From Takakia lepidozioides (Eukaryota; Plantae; Bryophyta), in assembly GCA_030704615.1 (NCBI GenBank), contig CM060731.1:67580001-67644000 (forward strand): a stretch of 64,000 nucleotides of DNA. The letters are read 5' to 3'. The notes under the pieces are model-generated. The model was not told the DNA's origin and did not search any database. It was given only the letters and a program-made list of their open reading frames with translations. The translations under genes were made by a program, and so were the position numbers. Shown piece after piece: positions 1 to 11,481 of the stretch. Positions within the stretch are counted from its first letter, which is position 1. Every line of letters begins with the position of its first letter.

Positions 1-1434
1 TGGTTAGCAGCCATTGTACGCAATAAAATACCCCTAACGGTATGCCACCGTCGATACTAAATTATATAGGGATGGGCTTCTGTCAGGCTTTGGTGAAAAA
101 AGAGATAATACAGCAAGGAGGAATCTCGTCATCACATAATGTGATGACTTCCGATCTATCTAATATCACTACGCTTATTGTGATGACTTCTGATCTATCT
201 AATACCATCATGTGGATGAGTTTGGAAGCTGAGCTCTGTGGTAAGATCAAAGCACGATGCCCACGTAAAAGCTGATACAACAAGTATGGACCATCGATTT
301 AAGCTTAGTCTTGCATGCATAGGGACCATGTTGCAATTTCAAACAAACAATTTGACCAACCTGGAACTGTTCAGAATACTTTACCCTCTTGTTGTATTAT
401 ATAGTTCATGGCCTGAGCAGCTCAACAACCGCTCGACGGACATGGAGTTTCTCCAAAAATGAATTCAGATCTGCAGGTTCAGCAACACAAGAAACTAAAG
501 AAGAACAGTATAAATGAGTAACACACAAGAACGTCCATATATAAGCTTGAAGGGCATTCGTTTAGTGCTAGTATGTAGGGCAGTCCTATTAGCAAAGACC
601 GGGGTGGAAGAAAGATGTCCATTCGTTGGTAATGGCTCCATTCTTTTCTAGCATGCGGCAAAATGTCTGATTGAATCGTTCCGTAAGACCATTGGTTTGA
701 GGATGATAAGGTGTTGTAAATTCAATTTTAACTAATTTCGGACTTTGGCTTGAATCCAAACCAAACTTAATATATTGCATAATTAACCCATAAACGCTCA
801 TGCGACCTTCTTTGTATCCCATAGCTTCTCATGTGGATGAAGTTTGGCCTTGAATAGCCGGCCCCTTCTCTGTTATTACGGCCGGCACTCGAGGAAGTAT
901 CCACAAATCCCAATATCTCATATCCACAAATGCTTAAAGGCAATTCACCTCACTGCCCTCCGCTCTCTCACAACCATCATTACAAACAAGCAGAAATTAG
1001 AGTCCAACCCACTCTCCGCTCCATAGTCCCCCACAATACCCCGGATACTTACTCCTGGGTACCCCTCCGGGCCCCGGGGTACCCAGGGTACCCCTTGGTA
1101 CCTCTACCCCCAAAATCCTAGTGTCCGCTGGACACCCAATTACTTATAGAGCCCACCCCCAAAAGAGGGCAGTAGAAGTAGGGCGAAGTGACTCTTAGTT
1201 ACGCCGGCCTCGGTCGGAGTCTTCTCTCCTCTCTCTCTCTAGAAAATGTATCCCTGGGATAGAGGAATCCAATGCATTTATCACTGCCCCCATTGAGTTG
1301 TGATGATTAGATTCCTCCTTGCTATATTGTCTATTTTTTCATCAAAGCCTAACAGAATTAGTCTATCCCTATATTTAGTATTGATGGCGGCGTACCGTTA
1401 GGGGCACTTTATTGCGTACAAGGGTTGTTAACCA
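1..1434. mobile_element. Element bounded by ~136-bp inverted repeats (1-136 and 1299-1434); left arm may continue outside the window
   Basis: The reverse complement of 1-136 (tggttagcagccattgtacgcaataaaatacccctaacggtatgccaccgtcgatactaa...) aligns with 1299-1434 (...ttagtattgatggcggcgtaccgttaggggcactttattgcgtacaagggttgttaacca) with scattered substitutions. No TSD can be checked because of the window edge. Confidence 0.65.
600..724 (-). mobile_element. Ty3/Gypsy-type integrase core fragment
   Basis: ORF 589..822 contains EFTTPYHPQTNGLTERFNQTFCRML, the rve motif around the catalytic Glu. The part of the ORF above ~724 is an unrelated dispersed repeat also seen at ~15451-15510. Confidence 0.75.
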
Positions 1435-2384
1435 TGATAACGTCGGCCATATCATGACCTTTACAAGATGAAAGGGTGGGATTTCAAACAATACAACTAA
1501 CCTCTATGCTTAGGATGTAGCTGTTGATAAGCTCCACATGTGGTTGAGGATATAAGTTTCATGCAACCTGAGTAGATGGGATCCAATATTTGAGTATATA
1601 CAATATGATGTTCCGTATTGGTGTACATCAAATATAAGCCTGCTACTATGTGCATGTGCCACATTTATACTCTGCATGCTTAATCCTCTTTGGGTATCTC
1701 TATGTGTCTTAGTGCTGCACACTCATTCCAAGCTACACTTTCTCCTTATCTTTGTGCGCACGGTAGATGAGCACCGTATCTCCACCAAGCATGAATCTTG
1801 GTGGAGACGTCGGGTAGATTAGATTGTACATGTAGGGATTCTAGTTTACGGCTTGCTGACTTGTTAATGATTGTGGGCATTTGTAGGGTGATTTCAAGCT
1901 TCTTGCCATAACGGCCCTTCATTCTTTCTTGATGTGTTTGCGTTGCACTGTGTCTTCTTCCTACGAATGTGTTGACGATGGCTGTTGTGAATGCAATGAG
2001 TGTTAGTGGAGAGAGAGATGAAGAGATATTAACCATCAAGTTAGAGTTGCAGGTGTCATTGGAAGGTGATTCGAGACCTACTCTAGGGGAAGTCACTCGA
2101 CATGAATTCCAAACCATGTGCGATAAACATAGGGTCCAACAAATTCTTGAAAAATAAAAATTCTAAAAATAAAAATAAATTAACAAAAAATTGTGGTATT
2201 ATTCGGAATTATGAAATTTCAGTGACGACAAAGTCATAACTGGTTTTAGCATAGGCGAGAATAGACTCTCTTTCTCTCGTTCATCGTCGTTCGTTTCGTT
2301 ACGGCGCCGATTTCCGAGCCATGTATGTCAAATCCGTGCACTTGCATATATGCGCGATAGGTGTGTGGAATGGAGGGTTTGGGG

Positions 2385-2907
2385 ATGTACGAGCAAATGA
2401 TGCTGAAAGATGTGAAGGTGGACAGGACGAGAAATGGGCAAAGAGGTCCATAGCCTCCGCATGTTAGTTTCGCGGGAAAGTCAAATTCGTCAGTAAAGCG
2501 TATTTCTTTTTGTCATCCAAAGCTCAAGTGTGCTCTCATTGTCGTTCTCCAAGGAATGCCAAACGGAACTCAAACTTCGATAAACGAAAAATCCCTCGCG
2601 CAAGCAATGCTGTCACTGCTGGCTCTTAAAGTCCGCAGTATCCCTGACCCAACCTTTCACCAGAGTCGTTGACGAGGAAACCAATTTAGGTTCGCCTCAG
2701 AAGTCTAAATTGGCTAAGTATTGTGTATGTGCAGATGGGTCACGTAGAGCCTTCTATAAGGAGTTTATGAAAGTGGTGGAAGCAGCAGATGTGGTTATGC
2801 AAGTGTTGGATGCAATGGACCCCTTAGGTAGACGTTGTGTAGACGTGGAACACATGGTACACAAGGTAGGCCCAACCAAGTAGATTATGCTCTCCTCAAT
2901 AAGAGCG
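2385..2907 (+). pseudogene. Nucleostemin/GNL3 (NSN1-like) GTPase pseudogene fragment, two exons with retained intron
   Basis: Exon 2735-2907 (tgcag| ... |gta) reads DGSRRAFYKEFMKVVEAADVVMQVLDAMDPLGRRCVDVEHMVHKVGPTK*IM, then a frameshift to LLNK. This matches the GNL3 family motif RAFYKE..KV....DV..EVLDARDPLG.RC. A phase-compatible donor lies at 2445/2446 (aagag|gtccat). Confidence 0.8.
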
Positions 2908-3799
2908 GTACACCATTTCACACCAATTTTCTCATTTCATGAATTCAAAGTATGGAATGTACAACTTGCCCTTTAGGCCGAAATCCTTGTAACGGGAATC
3001 AAATAAAGTAATAAGAGAACCTTGACACATGTGAAGACATAAGACCCTACATACATTGATTAATACGTCATAAGGCATATGCAACACAGTCCTACCATAG
3101 CCTTGACACTATGCAAAAACCTTCTTAACCCTGGCAGGTTTTAATCAAAAATACTTCGTCTTTCATTTCCGGACAGTGCTTCCGCTCACTCTTCTATACG
3201 GGTGGGTTTGAAGCACCGATGGCAGTTGCTACAGTCGAGTATCTGGCCACAATAATATTAGGCACACCGGACACATGCAGCGATCTTGTGACTTGTGAAC
3301 CAACTACAATCTGAATAACATCCGAATCCACTCCAATAAGGGATTGTGTCTACTGAAATGCCATCTGTTTAGGCATGCAGTTTTCCCCCTATGTGGCCAA
3401 CTCACAATGCACACTGCCTTTTGTGATTATTTTAAGCTTGTATAGCTGGTTTTTGACATAAGTAACCCGTTTAGTTGATCTGATCACAAGACTGTGTAGC
3501 ATGAAGGCACCTATGTTGCCCAAATTAACGGTTGGGTAGTATTAAGGCTGTCTATATATGTGCATTGAACTCTAATGCCAAATACATATTTTTTATTATT
3601 TTTAACAGGGGTGGGGGAGACATGGGTGCAGGATTTTGTTGCACTCTTCCCTTGACCATGCAGAGAAATATAGTAGTAGATGCATCCCTAGAACCCGAGC
3701 AGAGACATATGGATGATAATGTCATAAATGCAGTATAAAAGTGATTACAATGAAAGGTCCAGTATACACAACATTTTTGGATCCTGAATCCTCTCTGCT

Positions 3800-4090
3800 T
3801 TGAAAAATATCTAATAAAACGAGACCGCCAGCTCTGGCCATCCCAATTTTTTTGTTTTTTGTTTTTTTTCCGAATAAAATCTAGACCACCAGCTTTGGCG
3901 ATTAGGATTTTTACTTTTATTTTATTTTATTTTATTTTGATAAAAACAGGACCTCCAAGCTGACGATCTTAGTTGTTTTTATTTTTTATTTTTTTTAAGC
4001 ATAAAATTAGGACCACCAGAACAAATGGTCTCGATTATTATATTACTTTTTATTGAGCAAAAATAAAATGAACAAAAGGACCACCAGTTC
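3800..4090. repeat. Array of degenerate palindromes (consensus ~GGACCGCCA-N4-TGGCGGTCC) separated by AT-rich spacers
   Basis: Units: gagaccgccagctctggccatccc, tagaccaccagctttggcgattag, aggacctccaagctgacgatct, aggaccaccagaacaaatggtct, aggaccaccagttcagc. Confidence 0.75.
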
Positions 4091-4130
4091 AGCAGTGCAG
4101 CAGACGGAGAAACAGAGAGGAGAGATATCA

Positions 4131-4285
4131 ACAAAAAAAAAAAAAAAAAAAAAACTTCCCCTGCTGCTGCAGCGCTGAGCGGGGGGGGTGGGGGGGGGGG
4201 AGAGAGAGAGAGAGAGAGAGAGAGAAATGAAGACAAAATAAAAAACAAACCCCTTTCCCCCTCCCCCCTCCCCCCTCCCCCTTTT
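4131..4285. repeat. Low-complexity block: poly-A, poly-G, (GA)n, (CCCCCT)n
   Basis: Directly visible. Confidence 0.9.
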
Positions 4286-4714
4286 CTTGTGCTCCTCCCT
4301 ACGCGTTCGCTGCGTTCAGGCGAAAAAAAGACATTCAGGCAGCATTTTTTTAAAAAAAGCTAAAAAAAAACTTAATAGCTTATCTCGTGCTTGTACTTGT
4401 CAACGCAGACATATGCTCAACGCGAGAGAGAGAGAAGGTGGCGGGAGAGTACGTTGGGGTTGGAATGGATGATCTCGTTCACCATCTCTCCCGACATCAT
4501 TAAGCTTTTAATTATTACGTTTTGTGGGTCCATGTTCATGATGAACATGACAAAATCCAATATTTGATTTTTTGTGTAGGGGTTACAGGCTAGAAACTAG
4601 ACTAAGGTATAGGTTTAGAAGACTGCATCTACCAGTTCTAGAATGTTATGGCTCCATCTGACCCAGATTGAATAAAAAAAACTTTAAAAACATTAAAAAA
4701 AAATAGGATTGACA

Positions 4715-5022
4715 TTTTGGTGGTTCCTGATTTAATAAAATTAAAATTAAAAAGAAATTAAAAAAATCAAGACTGCCACTTCTGGCGGTCCTAAATTTAA
4801 TAATAAAAAAATAAAAAATAGTGGGGGCGGTTCCAAATTTAAAAAGTAAAAAAATCAAATAACCAACTTTTGCTGTCTCGAATTGAATTAAAACTGATTG
4901 GGTCTGCCACATTTGGCGGTCCCGAATTCAATATAAAATTAGAAATAAGGGCGGTGTAGAATTAAATTAAAAAAATAAAATAAAATAAAATAAAAATATA
5001 TGACCGCAACCATCGGCAGTCT
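4715..5022. repeat. Second array of the same palindrome family
   Basis: aagactgccacttctggcggtcct, gggtctgccacatttggcggtccc, tgaccgcaaccatcggcagtct and half-sites, with A-rich spacers. Confidence 0.7.
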
Positions 5023-5135
5023 TTAGTATAGGGAATCGTAGCTCCACAATTTTTTTTTTTTCTTCCCATATATTATTTTTAAGAAATTTGTAACACAAAG
5101 GCAAAGAAGTACCCATATTGTTTTTATAAATATAA

Positions 5136-7573
5136 CTAGAGCTTCGCGATGCTCCGCACTACCAGTGATGAATGATAACTGAATGCTAAATGGAGGAGAG
5201 AGATAGAACAGAAGAGTTATAAGATTTATGATTTTAACATAGCGTATATCAGAGCCGATATAATTGCTATTAAAAGGGGTGAGGGAAAAAAATTCTCTAA
5301 GTTTTTATTAATGAAGAAAGAATATAGCAAAAGTTTTCGAAATATACATCATAAAATGATTGGAACAGACAAAAGGTGGAGAGTGAAGGGAAGGGAAGGA
5401 AAATTTTATAAAATATCTATAAATATACAAAATTGTTTGAAAATATCGTGTCACAAGGGGCATTATCAAATGTTTGTTTATAGAGACTATTGATGTTAAA
5501 GAGTTAAAACTGATCATTTTTTAAATACGATGTCTTTGTGACATTCTTCGGAAGTTGAAGCGGTGGTGACTGCCATCAGTTGTTTGACTGCCAAAAGATG
5601 GAAAATGATTCCATGGATTTTTTTTGAGTGATTTCACCAGTAGCGAACATGACATTTCACTACGATCAAATCTAAGGCTTAATGTCGGTTCCATTGATGA
5701 CGGCGTTAAGGTATGACACGGTGTGAATGGATGGTTTAATGTCTTTGCTCTTTACGTAGGATGAGATCCGCTGGGCTGTGCTGGGTCATCTAGAAATTCA
5801 TTGTCTTCAATATTAACCGTAAACTTGGACTTCCAAATGTCTGAGAATATGAAAATCGGCCGTAATTACCCTCTTCCCCCAAATTTGAATAAATGCAGTT
5901 ACCGATGAATAATGCAACCTCTTCAGTGTTATGAGTGGTGTTTCATGAACTGCTGTAACAAATTCCCGGGTTTGGAGTCCCCCATGTTGTTTTTAGTTCG
6001 AGAATATGGTGGGGATTGTGCTCGTACACCACGTAAAATTCATCTTCCGTTGTCTTGACTTGAGTTGATAATGTGTCTGAGGTCGCCTCCTCATGATCGA
6101 CACCCTCGTCAACATTCACATCGGCCTCAATTTCATCAATTTCATTGATGGGGTAGGTTGAGATGTTGTCTGCCATTGTGATTTGTATGTACCTAAATCA
6201 TACAATATTGTCAAGTGAGTATTACTAAATAACACTACTTTGGTAGAATAAATAATGAAGACTAAATGGATGAATAAGTTATTATAGATGAAGAGTTATA
6301 ATTTTATGATATATAACTTAAAAATACAAATCCAAATATATAGTGCTATAGGACGGCATATATAATAGGCTTGTGGAATGGTCTTGTGTGGCATGACAGT
6401 TCATTTTTTTTTAATCCAAGGATCCTTTGATCGTATGGCGGTATACGACATCTAGGAAAATATGACATCAAATTTGATTAACATCAGACAAATAGTGATG
6501 ATGCATTCCTATGTATAACAAATACTCAGTGCAGCAGATCACATGATAAAAAGGAATGGAGTGAAAATGAAGAAACATCACCAAGATATGATTAGGTCGA
6601 TCATATCCTAAAAATATCAATTATCACTCTACTTTCTGGCGTTTTAATGTTGATAGACGGATGCACTCAACTTGACTTAATGGCCTGCAGATAATAATAA
6701 AGATGAAAAAGCCAGATTAGTTTGGAGTGGAAAATGATCAGGAAAGTTTAGAAAAATAATTCTAAGTAACATGTATCATTTACCTGTTGCAGACTAGTAA
6801 AGAAATTTCCGATGTAGATAAATAAGGTCTCCCAACTGTTCACATATATATAGCTGCACATGATAATTATATTGCATTAGTTTTTCTTTCAAATATTCAA
6901 TGGTTTATCTAGATACTTAAAATCTTACATAGTTACTTTTGGTAAGGCTGATCAAATAGAAATAAGAAAGTAGAAGTCTTACAGTAGTATTGTTGGGATT
7001 GTTGTCAATAAGAAATGCTTGAGTATGAGCAGCTTGATATTGTGCACACGCTCAGCTTACTGGCCTAACATCTGTTTGCTGGACCTTAAACACACTTTAA
7101 TTAACTGTCGGAGATGTGGTAACCCCAATCCATTGAGCATTCGCCATCGGATCTGGAGTACATGTGCTGGAACGTTCTGAAAACAACTCTATCAACAAAA
7201 CCAAGATACGGATGGGTCAAAATTACTGCCATCTGCTTTTCCTCGTCCATTGTATAGGCGTTCTCTAGGCCACCCAACTTTACGGTCGAGAAGATGAAGA
7301 GCTTCAGTTCGGAGAGTTCCATCGACAAGGAGTGTTCGCTGTAACAACTGGATAACACGGGCTTGCGAACCTACTATTTGAAAGAATTTCAAACGGTTTT
7401 CACCTCGGATTGGAAAGAAAACGGAGCAGAAGATGGAAAACAGAAAAACAATACTATATCCGAGAGCAACAAGCGGAGGCGGAGATGTGCAACAGTAGGA
7501 GCCTGATATGTAACAATAGGGGCATGCAAGGAGAGGTACAAATTACATGTAACAATGGAGACATTATATAGGA
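5136..7573 (-). mobile_element. Probable non-autonomous Helitron (~2.44 kb) carrying decayed coding fragments
   Basis: On the minus strand the 5' end is A|TCCTATATAAT (7573). The 3' end is a GC-rich hairpin (gagcatcgcgaagctc) followed by CTAG|T (5136). It sits between A and T with no TSD. The rejoined empty site (tataa|tccacgattca) matches local motifs at ~7650 and ~7720. Confidence 0.55.
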
Positions 7574-7792
7574 TCCACGATTCACAATGTGTCTCGATAT
7601 TATCACAATTTCTGCCTGGACTCTAATCTTGCACATCTTGCCGAGACTGTTACAATCCACGTTTCATCCTGCCGAGACTGTTACAAACCAAGTTTTATCA
7701 TTTTTTTTTTCAATCCATTTTATAATCCATGTTTCAATACATTATTGTTTCAATGTTTTGTTCAATAAATTTTTTAATAAATTTTTAAAAAT

Positions 7793-8130
7793 AGAGACCG
7801 CCAAAGCTAACGGTCTCGAGTTTATTATTAAATATCCTAAAAATCAGGATCATCAGATCTGGCAGTCCCGATTTATTAGATATTTTTCTTTGAAATTTTG
7901 GGTCTGCCAATTCCCGATGTATTGATTTGTTTTTCAAAAATCGGGACTATCAAAACTGACGGTCCTAGATTTATTAAGTAGTTTATTAAAAATCGGGATT
8001 ACTAGTTCTGGCGGTCCTGATTTATTGAATATGTTCTTGAAAATTCGAGACTGTCGAAATAGGCGGTCCCGATTTATTAAATGATTTTAAAAAAATTTGG
8101 ATCACTAGATCCAGCGATTCCAATTTTTTT
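7793..8130. repeat. Third palindrome array, ~51-bp period, inverted relative to the 3800 array
   Basis: About 7 units of aaaatcgggac(t/c)..ca-N4-tggcggtcc(c/t)gatttatt. The reverse complement of ~7847-7888 (gaaaaatatctaataaatcgggactgccagatctg) matches 3802-3836 (gaaaaatatctaataaaacgagaccgccagctctg). Confidence 0.75.
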
Positions 8131-8644
8131 CCAAAAATAATTTTTAAAATTTTAGACCATAAGATATGACATGGCGGCTTACGTGTTACTATGGTAAACT
8201 ATACAATATCATTGTTATAATTTTAAAAAGAAATATGTGGTTAAAAATTAAAATTGTCTTCCAACAATATTACATAATTTATTCTTGGTCACATCACACA
8301 CTATAGATTCAAGCCAGAAATGGAATCTTTGGGAAATGTAGGTGGGCTTATTCTCCCCAAAAACTCGTACTTGGATTGAGCTTTTTGAAGCAAAACTGCT
8401 TAAGCTCCATAAGTGGCTAATGTCCCATTGCTATGTTGCTCTTGGAGACCGAGTATGACAACAGATCTCAGGTATTCTTATGAGCTTCTCATGTTCATTA
8501 CTATGGTGTAACATTTATTTCATATCATATGAACTCATATTCATTTTAAAACTTACATTTCTTGGGCAGTTCCATATGTACAGTTGGTAACCCCTAATCT
8601 AACGAAAATTCTGATAAGTTTATCCCCCGACAGTAGCCACATTC

Positions 8645-8886
8645 ATGGCTCTCTGGGCTTTAGTTTTGCTCGTTGCGTGCTTGTCCTCATCTGCGTCCCG
8701 GTCTTCACAACGAATTGAGAATATGAAGAATGTAGACAAACGAGTGGAAGACATGATGGCCCGCATACTCTTGGAGGGCTATCCCAAGATTGTGGATGCT
8801 CATGGTTTTTCTAATGGCTGGACTGTGTTCGTGGGCTTCCATCGCAAGGAGGACAGACTTACCTTTGAATACGGACCATAGCGCAG
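8645..8886 (+). pseudogene. Signal-peptide-bearing first exon of an unidentified secreted protein, stop just before a donor site
   Basis: MALWALVLLVACLSSSAS is signal-peptide-like. TAG at 8879-8881 is followed by cgcag|gtaagt, a consensus donor. No downstream exons were recognised. Confidence 0.35.
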
Positions 8887-9777
8887 GTAAGTGAAAGCCT
8901 CCAATGGCTAGCAGTATTCTTGGGTACTAAAAATAGATTTTTGTCGTCTGAAATTTCCAAGTCTGTCATGAAGACACCTCTTGTGGGTACAGTTGAGCTA
9001 TCAAAGGGCTATGATTCCCTCTATTGTTGTCAATAACAAAGGAAGTGTGACAAATTGCTGCTACTATTTTCTTTTTCTGTTTGCATGCAATAGCAGCCAC
9101 TGTGCAAGAAAACCACACCTTAATAGTCAATAACTAGACGTATAAAAACTACCTTGCAGAAACTGACCAACTCAACAGCAATTGCTACAACTGTGACACG
9201 AAGTTGAAGGTATGATAGCTGTAGATGCAATGACTGATCGATAACTTCTCATGCTTGCAGCAGTCCGTTGGCAAGCATGATCGACCACAAAGAAACATTT
9301 TCCTATCAATTTCTTGTTTTTGTTAGATGTCAGTCAATCCATAAAGACTCTTCCAAACCGTAGAAACACATCTTGTCCTCTGCTGCAAGAATGAGACCAC
9401 TGCACATTGGCCACGAGGGTCTATTCACTTTACGGGTTACCCTGTAAGCTGCAAATACAGTTATATTAACTAACTAGACTGGAAGGTCCATGTAACCTAC
9501 ATTTGTTTTTGTGGTGGATTTCAGCCGTTGGATCTTCCGATCCAACGGAGGGATTTCGATATATTCTTTATTTTTTTGCGAGTTTTTCTTGTTTATTTTT
9601 TAGTTTGTTTTTTTGATGGGTGGCGTGAGCCGTTGGATCTATGATTTTCATGAGGGGAGACAGGGCAACTAGGAGCCTCCTCATGATTGTTGATGAGTGT
9701 GGGAGATTTGAGATGTATTCTGAGTTGTAGTTTTAAGGTTTAAAACTAACCGATATGACTCATGCAGGAAGGCAGGG

Positions 9778-9978
9778 TTGCATCAGGCACAGTGTTTTGA
9801 ATCGGCCACCTCTATCATGACGTCTGATACTGGAAGGCGACCAAGGGAGGGAGTCTATAAGAGCTCTTCTATAATTTATGGGGATTTGAGGTCACTATGT
9901 ATGGCCGGACAACTGAAAGATGCACTGCACATTCTGAACCAAGGAGGCATTTCAGTGGATTCCAGTACTTATGTCCTC
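9778..9978 (+). pseudogene. Truncated N-terminus of a PLS-class pentatricopeptide-repeat protein
   Basis: DLRSLCMAGQLKDALHILNQGGISVDSSTYV is the typical lead-in to the first PPR motifs of PLS/DYW proteins. Similarity ends abruptly at ~9978. Confidence 0.6.
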
Positions 9979-11481
9979 ACGGTTTACTGATTGGGATTAG
10001 CAATCCTTTGTGAGCGAGCACCTTTCTGACGTTGAGGATGGAGACCAAGGACGCTGACGATCTCGATTTTATCACCAAAAAGAGGGAATAAAAAATTATT
10101 ACTAGGGCTAGCGGTCCCGCATCCTGATTTTATCCCATTTCCAAGCCCCCCAAGGATTTCCATATGAATGTGGGCATATTTGCGGGGAATGGAGGCTTTT
10201 GGCACAATTGAAATAAATTCATAAGGTTTATTTTTTATATTTTATTTTGGGAATGGTAACAACATGCATATGACATAAACGGGCTATGACTCCAAATATC
10301 TCCCATGGGAATTTCTACTGCACACTCCTTTATGATGCACATCCGTGCCTCCACTTCGGACCATGGTTTACCGGTTTACGGTTTATTACAACTTCACAAC
10401 GGATTCTCAAAGTGTAGTGGTTGTCCATGATCTCATGTTTTTAGATACAATGACCTTGAGGATTACAAATTCATGTCTTCTCGTGCATCCGCGAACCATG
10501 CTAATGGGTTTGTTCGTCATGAACTTACATTACACATGTAGTTAATCCAATGAGGGTCTTTCCAAAATGGTCGTTTTATATTCCTGCAAAATTATTCCAG
10601 ACCGAAAGACTGTGTGGACAATTATAATTGACAATTATGTCCGTCGTAAGTTGTTTATCACTAGGAACATAATAACTATCTTTTGGGAGGGAAGATGTAA
10701 ACATCGGATGCCCCATTACCGAAGGAGTTTTTTCGTAAACCCCAAAAGACGTCGTTTACTAGTATTTGCCAACGCGAGTATGGGCCAAGCCTTTATCAAA
10801 ACCCTATTCCAGTATGTTTGTTATGATCCAACCCTATTGACAAATTCGTCTTCACGGATTTACGATGTGTGAAATCCATGAACGTGATGTAGGGGCCAAA
10901 CGTTTTTCTTACCTATATGTTGTGGGTAGTTGTTTATCTTGGTTGGGTTGGGCTGCAAGACAAGATCAAGATCCATTTTGCATGTGGTACCATCTTTTAA
11001 CCCCTAAACACCTGCCGGCCCAAATTTGGTCGTTTTTTTTACACACATGATTTTGGTTTTTTTGGTTTTTTTTTTGTAGGTGCACTGTGTGTCTGCATCA
11101 GGATGGTCCATATGAGACCGATTGCCTAAATTGTCTTGGACGGCCGAGATCTAGGGTTTGGAACGGCAGGGGGTCTGGCTGTCACTGCTCCTGCCTCTCA
11201 ATCTCCCTTCTCACAGTTTCTTCTTTCTCTCGCATGTTGCCTCACGCGCATTGCTTGCAGGTTGATGTTGGCGTTGTGATCGTACTGGAGGTGCTCGCTG
11301 TGTGAGATTCTCTTGCAGGGTACCGTTGCAGTCGTTTGTCGTCTTCATGAATCCTTGGCACTTCAGGCTTCAAAACTGCTGGCCTTTGTTTGCTTTCATT
11401 TTTTATTGCCTTGCATTGTTGAGCATTGGGGCTCCGAGTGAGCTTGGCTTGAATAGAGGCGGCTGCTGTCAGTGAGGTGTT

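Noticed and set aside
3130-3370. Cys-rich minus-strand frame (CVRCA*YYCGQILDCSNCHRC)
   Set aside because: Several stops and no assignable family, so too weak to call.
3979-4912. Phe/Leu/Pro-rich ORFs in the track
   Set aside because: They are translations of microsatellites and AT-rich spacers.
3800-8130. CRISPR array interpretation of the interspaced palindromes
   Set aside because: The repeats are highly degenerate, the spacers are low-complexity AT tracts related to each other, there are no cas genes, and the context is eukaryotic.
10260-10996. Decayed coding-like sequence left of the piggyBac
   Set aside because: Multiple stops and no motif I could assign. It may be an older TE that served as the target.
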